DNA of 64,000 nucleotides, taken from the NCBI GenBank assembly GCA_022605425.2, contig JAKIMF020000007.1, positions 1,116,001 through 1,180,000 of the forward strand. The letters run 5' to 3'. Positions 1 to 11,123 of the stretch are shown here, in pieces. Position 1 is the stretch's first letter, and each line of letters begins with the position of its first letter. The notes under the pieces are model-generated. The model was given only the letters and a program-made list of their open reading frames with translations. It searched no databases and was not told the origin of the DNA. The position numbers were made by a program, and so were the translations under genes. The DNA is from Hamiltosporidium tvaerminnensis FI-OER-3-3. Taxonomy: Eukaryota > Fungi > Microsporidia.

Positions 1-2255
1 CCCAGAAATCCCATTTATTATAATCGAACGAAACAATGCTCTAATTTATGACTACAGGACCAACCCTCCTAAAATGGCTTCGTATCTTTCTAAAAATTTT
101 AACTAAAGACATGTGTTTTAGTTCCTAGCCGCATCGTTTTTATTCTTCGTGCGTTTGGCAAATTTTAAATGCTTTTCATTGTTTAAAATAATTAGAAATC
201 TTCAAATGAATAAAGATAATCAGGATTGAACTGAAAAAAGATACTTAAATATTCTAAATCATCTATTGATTTATAGGCGAAAGATGTATATATAATATAT
301 GGCTTCAAAGTTAAAATTTCAAGAAATTTAAGATTATTTACGATCGAAAATACATCTAATCATAATAGAACTATTGTGGTTTCTGTTTATATATAACTTC
401 TCATTACAAAACCAATCAAGACCGCTTAATAATAACAATAAGATTCCTTATTTACATTAATAATCATATAATAACATAAATACATTAAAAATAATATAAT
501 TGTAGCAAAAAAACAATTGTAGTCATTTCTACAAAAACGGGTTTAAAATTCTTTTGAAGTAAAACCTGAGATTCATTCATTTAACGATATTATGAATAAT
601 TTAGAATTACCAACGCTAATCTTTGAATAGCCAGACACAACTAAGAGCCTAGGCTAATTACTAGCGATTAAAAACTGACAATAAAAAATTAAATCGTTTA
701 AAATATTGTTTAGTAAATCATCTACTGTTAAGATTTAAACATATGATAACCAAGTATTTAGTGAGAATCTCTTCAAACGACATATTTTATAAGAAAAGAG
801 AAGATCATTGTTAGTATTACGCTGGATTCAGACATGAAAATAAATGTTAAAATATCATTTATATATTAAGCCTTTTGGAAAAAATCTAGCATATTTGAAT
901 TCATACTGCAAGTAAAAAAGCTAATTTCAGACATTTTTTTACAATTTAAAGTTCTCTAAAGAAAACTTTTTTGGTAAAATTACAAAATTAATCTTTTTAG
1001 ATTTTTTGTTTAATTTTAATTTTGTCCTATGTTTTCATTCAGATTTGCCTTTGGATTGCTTTTTTTAAGAAATTTTCTAATTTTTTTGTTTCATTGTGTG
1101 TTAGAACTTTAATTGTATTTATTTCGCATCAATATTTAACCGAAAGAAAATAAATTAAGCAAAAAAAATGTCTAAAGCCGATTAATATGCTTCTGCGAGT
1201 ATTTCTACGAAAGGAATAAAACAATATGAGAATTTTTTACGTACTTCATAGATTTCCTATGATTAAAAAGGTTAAAAACCAGCAATTTGAATATTTCTTT
1301 TTATTGTAAGTACTGTTGTGTGTTAAAAGAAGGTCATTGGATATCATTAATGGTAAATCTATAGACTACACGGAAACCTATTCGTTAATGCTTGATGATG
1401 CACACGGGAAGTATCATATTCAAAGTATATTCATTAGCCTATATAAATTCTGATATATTTTGAATAGCAGCGAGACATAAGTTGATTAAAAACGATATAA
1501 AAAATCCAAATTTTTATCGATAAGAAATTTCAGTCTTAAGCGATTAGTTAATACCGAGGAAGTAAAAGAGGCGTTCATCTCTCAAGATCAAACTTCGTAA
1601 TATTTCATAAATTGGAAAAGTGAAATAGTAGGACATTTTTTTAGATAAATATTTTTATAATTCAATGTTAAAACACTTTTTTTTCATTCTTTAAATCTCT
1701 TCTTATCTGTTTTTCAACTTTGAATCTAATCAAGTTAGATATTTTTTTCTCTGCTTTATATTTCTGCAATTGGGAACTATCGCAAAAATTATATATAAGA
1801 ATATTTTAGTATCGAAGACGTAAAACTGTACGTTTAAGAAATTCTTGCTTATTCATTCTCAAATTGAGATGTGGCAGTCATGTTTGCACGCCGAAATGTA
1901 TTTTATTCAAAAAATAAATGTGCAGACAAACTACATATTAAAATATTTTAAAATAATGGCTAAAACGAATAATATTGATTATAAATGATTTTTACTTTAT
2001 TCTAAGTTGAGAGATATCAGAATATATTTTTCATATAAAACGTATCACAAAATATATAAGAAAATAAAAACAGTTATTATTTACATTTCAGATGTAATTA
2101 TGTTAACCACGTTCAAAAAACCCGAAGAATCACCATTCAAGCACAATATTTAACGGAATTTCAGTAAATATTGAATATTTAATTTAATTACGATATTTAC
2201 CTGTAGTTAAATTGTATGGAGTGATTATCAAGTATAAAATATATTCCTTTTGATA

Positions 2256-4653
2256 TCATAGGAAATTTTTTTCAATGCTTTCTTCGTAGAGATAATATCG
2301 TAACTTCGGATTATTAAATTGAAAACTGATTTTGTTTGAAAACAAATAGCTTTTATGTAAAGGAATTATAAAAAATCTTACTTGAAATATAAACGCGCCG
2401 CAAATCGATACCGTTAAAGTCTTTAAATTCTTGAAATTCTTTATATATTGATAATCATTAAAATCGATTCTCACACCCCAAAGATTTAAGTGTTTAAGAG
2501 AATATAAAAATTTAAAATCGTTACCTAATTTATATAATTTCATACCCTCGGTGAATTTACATTCTGTAAGATCTAATTTTTCTAGAACACCTAGATATTT
2601 TATTCTGTTTAGATCATTATATGATATATTACCCCATTTATAAGTAAGTTTTTTTAATCTTAAATTACAACCAATACTTAATTTAGTAGGATTACACAAA
2701 TAAGATTTACATCCTGAAACAAAAAGAGTTTCAAGATATTCAAGCCTGGCTAAAATATCTAAATTTTTAAATGCCTTTAGATTAGAACCGCTCAAACATA
2801 ACGATTTGATGCTCAAAGACCTAAAATCAAGCAATTTTATATTTCTGATAGATTTTAATTCGCAAAACTCTAGAGACAACACCTTCAGGTTTTCACATTT
2901 AAATATCTCGATTAAACTTAATCCGCTTATCTTAATACTATTTAAATTTAGATGAGTCAAATATTTGTAATCACTAAACGGTTTAAGTTCTAAAGTTTTT
3001 TTGTGAAGAAAAAAGTTATTGATAATTAGAGTTTCTATTCTTGGTATTTGAAACAAATAATTGTAAAATTTGGTGCTAAAGAAATTATTTCCAACAGTCA
3101 AATTTTCCAAAAATTTCAAGTTTCCAATCGCATTTAGTAGCAATAGATCTGTGTTCTTATCCGATCTATAATTCAAAAGTATTAAAGTCTGTAATGATTT
3201 AATATTTTTTAAAAAAATACAAAATTCTTCTGATATTTTATATGAATAAAATCTTATTTGCAAATATATAAGAACATCTATGTGTAAATCTTTTAATTTA
3301 GCACATTCTCGAATAAAATATTGCTCCGAGAAAGATAGATCAAAGAATAGTATACATTTTTGAATATTTGATGAACGTGTTAAGGTTACCAACCATGAAA
3401 AATTAAACTTAGCCTTTCGCAAATCAATATATTCCAATGATTGATTTGCATCCATGTAGGCATTGAAAAAAGAAACATCTGCACCCATATTTACATTATC
3501 GAGTTTCAATCCTTTAAGATTATGGTTTTTTAAAAAGGTATCAACGTAACGCCCATCAACTATTGAATTTCTGAGAGTAAAAATTTCCAAATTACCAACG
3601 ATCGATTCATTTAATTGACTAAAAATATACTGAGTCGCAATTGTAAGGTTAGAAATCGTTATTGCTTTAAACAGATGCTTGCAATTCGAAAAAAAATCGA
3701 AACTTTTACTTTTTGTTAGCGATACTTGATAACAATTTAATATAAATGCCTTTATATTTATTTGTTCTAATAAAAACATAAAATAATTAAATATATGACG
3801 ATTAGTAATGATTTTTTCTAAGATCGAAAACACTTTAAAATCATTTATAAGCAGACTTTTATATGGAATATGTTCATTTAAAAGAGAAGGATCAAATGTA
3901 TCCTTTATATTTCTACAAAGTATCAAATTTTCATCATAGAAAACATGTCTAATCATTAAGGCGTTTAATAATTCTATAATCAACTTTCTTTTAAAAACAG
4001 AGTAGATTTCTAATGAGTGATATAAACTAAAAACCACTTTCAAGTTTTGGTTTTCGTTCTTCGAATTATTGATGTTTTGATTTAGTAGCATATTGAAATA
4101 TAAAGCTCTTATAAATTTCGAAAGATTTTTATTTTCAATAACTTTTAAATATTGAAAACTAAATAGCAGCCATTTAAATTCAACATCCGTTATTCCATCA
4201 GACAGTTCTGAAATATCATTGGTGAGTTTTAAAATATATAAAAAATCAAAATTACACTCAATTTTCCGGATTATATTATCAGATATATTTTGATGTAAAA
4301 TATCATCTAAAATATCGAATCGAATAAAATTATTTTTTTTATATGTTAAAACATGTTTTCCATTATTTATTGATCCTGTATTTTGGTCATTTAATATCCT
4401 TAGATACAAATGGTTCTCGTTTTTCTCAAATACTAACTTTTCTTCTGATATTTTGTAATAGAAATACAGATTAGAATTCACCTTCTTTTTTCCACAAATA
4501 TATGAATCCATGCGTAAGTACGATGCTATAAAATATAAACATATTCAGTATCAGACACCAATTATTAGATTTTAAAAATCTTAATGATATATTTCTACTA
4601 AAAAAGGCGCTACTATTCATTAATAATAAAGGAAGGATAAAATATAATTCCAT
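2256..4653 (-). CDS. Secreted leucine-rich repeat protein (main ORF 2256-4511 plus a signal-peptide ORF 4471-4653 in another frame)
   Basis: The C-terminal half has repeated LxxLxLxxC/N units (LKGLKLDNV, LQTLILLNY, LTHLNLNSI, LKVLSLEFC, LEKLDLTEC, LKHLNLWGV). The upstream ORF starts MELYFILPLLLMNSSAFFS (signal-peptide-like) with GGG just before its ATG. The main ORF lies in the +1 frame. Confidence 0.8.
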
Positions 4654-7574
4654 ATACCCAATTTAGATCAGATATTAGAATATTTGTAACTGATAAAATT
4701 AAATAAATATTAATGATAAATTAATATGTAATTATTTAATTAATTTTTGATTATATTAATGGTTTTGGATTGTTCAGTTTGTCATAGATTTTATTTTTGC
4801 ATATTATATATTGGAACTATTAATATGTTACTTAGGATTTGTGTTATTTTAATATAATATAAGTTTAGCGATGAGTTGCAAGTTCTTTTGCTTTTCAATT
4901 ATATTTATGTCTTTTTTCCAGTCTTTTTGTTCGTTTAATTTTTTATTTATCATCTCATTTATGTTTATTTTTACAATATGTTTTTTTATAAAGTCTAAAC
5001 CTTTGATTTTGAAGTATATTTTTCCTCCCGATTTGAATAAGAAGGTTTCAAATTGATTTTTTTAATCATTTTTCGTTCTTCGTATATCCTTTACCTCTTA
5101 AATCTGTAAATAAATAGACCAAAAAATATTTTTTTGTGTATATCTACCATAATAACTTTTAAAATTACACTTTATGTCCGGTATCAAAGAAGAAAATTCT
5201 AATCTTTAATTCTCATTTGTATTCCACTTCGTCTTTGATACTCATATAAATATTACGCAATTAGATAAATATTTTGTAACGCGTTAGGTACACAAATGAT
5301 TCTAATTAGTTGAAACAAATTCATAATCCTCAGATTCCTGATCAATGATTATAATCGTATCTTTGTAGTTATTTTTGCCTGTATTACAATTATCCTTTTT
5401 CATTTCTATTGAAATATATCTGATATAGCCTTTAATTCTGTATATTCCTATTTTCCTTTTCAAGTCCAAATTGCGTTAATACATTCTATAAATTTAGCGT
5501 AAGAACAATCTTTAAAATTTATAGAAATGTGCTATAGTTGTTATTATTTGAAAGACCATAAAATGTTTAAAAACTTCTTACGAAATATTATAGACAGTGT
5601 TATGTATTTGCTGTTACACTAATATAAAATAATTTGCTTATAATAGCCAAAATGCATTATTCCTAATCACATATAAAATATTCAGACTAGCATTCTTTTT
5701 ACAAAATAACTTATTTCTTATACTTTTAATTATATATCTACATTTTTTTATAAAAAAATTTTATTACACTTTAAAATTTTATTTTAATTAATATATGAGT
5801 TAATAACATATACAAATCTTTGAATATTTTACTCGAACAGTGTACCATGTTGTATTCTCTTCTTAATTCGAATCATCATTATATTTTTTTGTCTGTCACT
5901 TCATTGTCGACACTTATTTCTTAATAGAGAAAAATATTTTAAATATAAATTTGTTAAATAAGTTCTTCGTTATTCAGTTGCTTTAGGGTAATTTTTGAGT
6001 GTCTAGTCTCTCAGCTTTTTTAAAAATACCAAATAACGCTTTTCCCAACCCTCTTTATATATAATTTTACACCTAAATCTTCTTTTTCGAATAAATATTG
6101 TTGTTTCGACCATTCTCATGTGTCTTTCTAATGAAGATATGCCCATAAGCTCCTATATATTTGTAGTCTTTAAGTATACATCTTATAGTATTTTATCACA
6201 GTACCGCCCGAAGTTATCACATAAGGAATTATATCCACAAGATCTTCATAAAATCTTTCTATAAATATTTTGTCTCGATACTCGTAAGAAAATATTTATA
6301 TATAAAATTCTTTTTTAGTGCAAGATAAATTACCAATAAAATGTAGCTACATGACGTAGTTGTTTTCTATTGCGTTTATTTAGGCTATTCATGCCTCTTA
6401 AAGCATCACATGGTATTTTGCTTCAATTTATACTTTTTTCTCATTTCGCAGTAAAGATACTGAAAATGAAAATAAGGTAAAATCCCGGATTAAGTAGGAA
6501 TATTTGACCAAAACTGCACCAATTATCATTTAAATTATTAAATAAACATGGTTAGTTCAGAAGGCTTATAGATAATAATTTACAGAGAACATTAGATGTT
6601 ATTCAATAATAAACCTTTCAAATGAGTTATATTTAAACTTTAAAAGATTTTATCCTTCTCTATTCTTCAAGAAAAATAACAGACTCGATTTCTCACATGA
6701 AAAAGTTATTTTTATACACGTTTCTATCATTCTTAAGTATTTCTAACACACAGGTTGATTGAAATTTAACTTTTAAAAAAACATAAATTAATATCAATTG
6801 TCTTTACACTGATAAAAAGGAATATAAAAATAAGATTTTAGATTTATTTTCTTTACTAACATTTAATGTAACATGTAAGCTGGTTTCTTAATTTATAACT
6901 CTCTGTTAAAATTTAATTTTACTTTATTAAACTTTTTGGATTAAAAATAATTATTTAGATAAAAAAAAGAAAAATTGGTAAAACATATCTGCATCTTGTA
7001 AAAGATATTGATGGAGAATTAAAAGTTATTATTTATATAAATATGTCTTAATATAGAAGAAAAGTACTTTTATCGAAGTTTTTTATACAATAAAAACAAA
7101 TTCTTTAGTTCAATTAAAAATTCTTGAGAATACAGCAGATTTTAAATTTAATTTAAAATCGGTGTGTTTCAGACATACAATGATAGTTATACATTTACAA
7201 ATATTTTATAGGAAAATATTTTTCTGCATACAATATAGTAACCAGATTTATAGGCGATGAATAGCTACTGCATTTCGAAACATCTAATATTTCAGTAGAT
7301 AATCGAACATTTAAAGTTTTTCTGTATATTTCGTTATTTAGATGCATCTTATCAAACATTTACATTCATAATTTTTTTAAAAAAATACACAACCGTTTCA
7401 TTTTTTATCTTAATAGTCATGATTATTGATAACTAATTTAATATTTTATTTTGCGATATATTCTGTTTTTAATCAAAAATGGTTTTTAAAAAGTATTTTG
7501 AAAATAAAAAAAATGATTATTTGTGAAAAATATTTGTTAAAATAATTTTAAATAAAATAATTTGCAACCGTTGA

Positions 7575-8501
7575 ATGGTACAAAAAAGAAAAAAGAGTAG
7601 AAGACTTACAATTAGAAGAAGAGAAGGTCTTAAGAGGAAAGTGCGTGACACAAAGAGAAAGGAAATACGCAAGTTACGGAAATTAGAAAAACTCAAAGAA
7701 AAAGTGCCGACATCTATACTACGGACTGATGAAGATATTCTTCTGTTAAATCAAATTAAGAAAAATACAGAAATGCGCCAAAACAATCCTACTGTTATAA
7801 ATTTGAAGTTAGATTGGTGTGATTTATTGGAAAAGTGCGATGTTTTTCTTCAAATATTGGATTCTAGAGATCCAGAGGGAAGTCGTAGTTATGAGATTGA
7901 AAATGAAATTATAAAAAATAATAAAAAAATGATATTTATTTTTAACAAAACAGATTTAATTACTGAAGAAGTGAAAGAGGAATGGATGTCTAATTATACG
8001 AGTAAAGGAATTATATGTATTTCAGATTTTGATATTTCTTTTTATATCAATAATAATGGATTTAATGAAAGTATTTTTTGTATTATCGGTGAAAAAAACG
8101 TTGGAAAGAAGAAAATACTTTCTTATTTACTTTCAGAAAATATTTCAATAGAAAATATTCATTTATATGAGACTGAAGTAAAAGAAAAAAATATTTTATC
8201 AGGTTTAAGAAATCCAAAAGCTGCGAATATTTTTGAAATTAAAGAATGTTTGAATTATTTCATAAAAAATATTTCGGTAGAAAAAATATGCCAATTTTTT
8301 AAAACAGAAAAATTTGAAAATATTGAAGAGTTTTTCGAAATAATTGCAAAAGAAAACAATTTCTATAAAAGAAATGGTAAATTGTGTCATAAAAAAGCAA
8401 TGCAGTTTATTTTAGGATTTTTTGATACAAACAAAATATTATTTTACTCTTCTTTTGATATAAATGGTTCAAAACTTTACAATTTTAAATTGAAAGAATA
8501 A
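7575..8501 (+). CDS. NUG1: Nug1/GNL3 (nucleostemin)-like circularly permuted nucleolar GTPase, shortened and degenerate
   Basis: Basic N-terminus KRKKSRRLTIRRREGLKRKV (GN3L/Grn1-like), then DSRDP (G5-like DARDP), NKTD (G4) and GEKNVGK (G1), in the permuted order. Confidence 0.75.
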   Translation: MVQKRKKSRRLTIRRREGLKRKVRDTKRKEIRKLRKLEKLKEKVPTSILRTDEDILLLNQIKKNTEMRQNNPTVINLKLDWCDLLEKCDVFLQILDSRDPEGSRSYEIENEIIKNNKKMIFIFNKTDLITEEVKEEWMSNYTSKGIICISDFDISFYINNNGFNESIFCIIGEKNVGKKKILSYLLSENISIENIHLYETEVKEKNILSGLRNPKAANIFEIKECLNYFIKNISVEKICQFFKTEKFENIEEFFEIIAKENNFYKRNGKLCHKKAMQFILGFFDTNKILFYSSFDINGSKLYNFKLKE

Positions 8502-8507
8502 TTACTC

Positions 8508-8640
8508 ATTTTTATTTAAAAATAGATTTAATTTTTCTATTAAATCATTCTTTTTTTGAAATTCAATTCTTAATTTTTATTTAAAAATAGATTTAATTTT
8601 TCTATTAAATCATTCTTTTCTTGAAATTCAATTCCTAATT
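8508..8640. repeat. 65-bp tandem duplication of the 3' end of the 89-aa ORF
   Basis: atttttatttaaaaatagatttaatttttctattaaatcattctttt..tgaaattcaattc occurs at 8508 and again at 8573. Confidence 0.9.
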
Positions 8641-8839
8641 TTTCTTTAATAAAGCCAAACATCTTTTTATCTTCTTTTTTCATAAATTCTTTTACAGATT
8701 TCTTTTCTTTCATTTTCTGTTTCAAATTTAAATATTTTTTGCGTTGATTTATAAAATTTTCTTTTTCATTTTCGTATTCTAAAATCAATTTTATTATTTT
8801 TAATTTGTTTTTTGCTTGTTTAAGATAAGAATCGTCCAT
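8570..8839 (-). CDS. Small Lys/Glu-rich coiled-coil hypothetical protein (89 aa)
   Basis: CCC lies immediately before the ATG (GAATACCC-ATG), the typical microsporidian start context. Helical K/E-rich composition. Convergent with the Nug1-like gene. Confidence 0.6.
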   Translation of the reverse strand: MDDSYLKQAKNKLKIIKLILEYENEKENFINQRKKYLNLKQKMKEKKSVKEFMKKEDKKMFGFIKEKLGIEFQEKNDLIEKLNLFLNKN

Positions 8840-10640
8840 GGGTATTCAAATATAAAAACTTATAATATAATCACAATGTAATTTCATATTTCGAATTGTC
8901 TCCAAAAAAACAATATTTTAATATCAGCCATACATTTATTGCATTGTATTTTCAATAAAATGAAATTCACTTTTTTGTATTTTTAGTCGATAAATTTTTA
9001 CGTTTTTTTTTCATTTACCAAATATAAATATCTTGTCTTTTCTCTAATAAAGAAAGGAAATTAATAGCAGAATTAAATAAGAATTTTCAAACAATTAACG
9101 GAAAAAGTAAAATTTATATTTATAATATATAACTTGAAATCGCATCATATGTACTATTACTAAAACAAAATATGTACTTAGTAAAAAGCCTATAACTACA
9201 TATAACCAGGGTTACAAATACAATCTATCATTCCTTCTCAAATACCAATTTATTTCTCTATAAAACCGAAATATTACTATATTATGAGATAAATGAATGG
9301 GTTGATGAATATTTTTTATTTTTTAAGAATTTAATGCATTTTTTATTTGATATTAATTGCTTCTTTACACTTGGATTAATATAAAGTATTCGACAATTTT
9401 TTTAGGCTCACTAAGTTCAGAAAAAACGTTGGAAAAAAAGTAGTCAAGTTTTTTGAGGTACTATAATGAATTTTATAAATACTTACCACTAATTTATTAT
9501 AAAGACTTTTCTAAATAAAGTAGAAACTTTGTATGAAGAATAAAAAGTAAAACCAAGCGAACAAAAGAAAGGTTTATTCATGAATAATGATGTTTATGTA
9601 ACATCATTATACACATAAATCTCCATGAGAAGTATCTTGGAAAGTAATAAAGTCATTTTGTATAATAAAAAAGTAATTTAAAATTTTTAAATTCTCTAAA
9701 TGGAAAGATCTACATGAATATTTTATTATTTTTGATCAAATTCGTCTTATATTATATAAATTACAATTTCACTTCTATAACAGTCACCTACCTTATACAA
9801 TCTTAATCGATATTTATCAAATGATAACAGATAAGCCAAATAAAAATAAACTTCAAAAAAAGACAATAAGTCTTAAAAATAAAAAATATTTAACCCAAAA
9901 CTCGTATACAGAAAATCAAATAATGAATTATAATCAATAATCAATAAACATTTTATTTAAGTTAGATTTGAAGCTAGGCCAACAAAAAGATTTCAAAAGT
10001 GTCTTGTTTAGATAATAAGCATTTAAATATTACCTCAAACCTTAGATCCAATGTAATTTTTAAAATAAAAATATATTTTGAGGTAATTCAGATGTGGTTT
10101 TATTTCGAATTATTAAAATTTTAATTATTAACTTATAATTAATCAATTGACTCATCTGTTTTGAAAAGTGCAATTCTACTAAAAATAAAGTGCATGCTTT
10201 AGATTCTAAATAAATTTTTAACTTTTTTAAGACGTCTATACTATAAGAAGCAATAGATTTGTTAAATTGTTCTTTTGAAACGTCTTAGTATATCTAAAAC
10301 ATAATAATATTTACCTCATTCCATGTATTCAACTATTATTTTGACATATTATATCATTTGTGTAGATCGTATATATGCTTGATTTTCTTAATGAACATAT
10401 CAAATGAGAAAATACCAACGTTTTTTTAGTTACACAAATGCCTCAATATGTGAAATTGACAATAAAACTAAGGCCTGTATTAAGATATGGAAACTGTGCA
10501 GAAATAGGGTGAGTTCATAGATTCTTAATAGTATCCAAATGTTTTGTAAATTAAGATAGACATTTTAAAACCAAATTTAATTTCAAATGAAAATTGTTAT
10601 AAAAATTTTTGCTAACTATTTCTGTTATAAATGTATAAAA

Positions 10641-11123
10641 ACTTTATTTAAAAGTATCACATCTTTTTAATATAGTGGCAAGTGTTATATTTGTTTTTAT
10701 GACATTAACGCAGTTCTAGGTTTAACATAAATAACTGCTACCCCAACACTCCATCGGTAACCCCTGCGATACCTACGTCCCAAAGCCTTTCATTTACCAG
10801 GTGTGTAGAACCTAATTAATAGGCGAGGCAGTTGCCCGGAGTTCGTTAATATCCGTTGCATGGAGTGTGATCGAAGGCCGAAGCCCCCCCTGGGCTCCCC
10901 CAAGACTATGCAGCATTCCCACTTACTCTACACTTTCTGAACCCAATAAACTTCTAGCTAAGATATATTTCAGAGATTTCCATGGGGTCCACCTAGACAG
11001 TGCAATGTCATACCAACAGGTATAACCTGCTACTTAGGTCTCCCGGCTTTTAATGGATTTTATTTTTATATCTCCCAGGCGCCAAGTCTTCTAACCCGAG
11101 TGAGCAAGGCTAGGTTTCCATGC
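10641..11123. repeat. ~480-bp GC-richer dispersed repeat, copy 1 (putative retroelement 5' UTR, SINE or ncRNA)
   Basis: Colinear with 63457-63930, sharing blocks such as aataactgctaccccaacactccatc, ggtgtgtagaacctaattaata, caagactatgcagcatt, gcaatgtcataccaacaggtataacctgctacttag and aagtcttctaacccgagtgagcaaggctag. Confidence 0.9.

Noticed and set aside
10880-10985. Group I intron core (aagactatg ... aagatatatttc)
   Set aside because: The S element lacks the AGTC needed for P7 pairing, and there is no host gene context.
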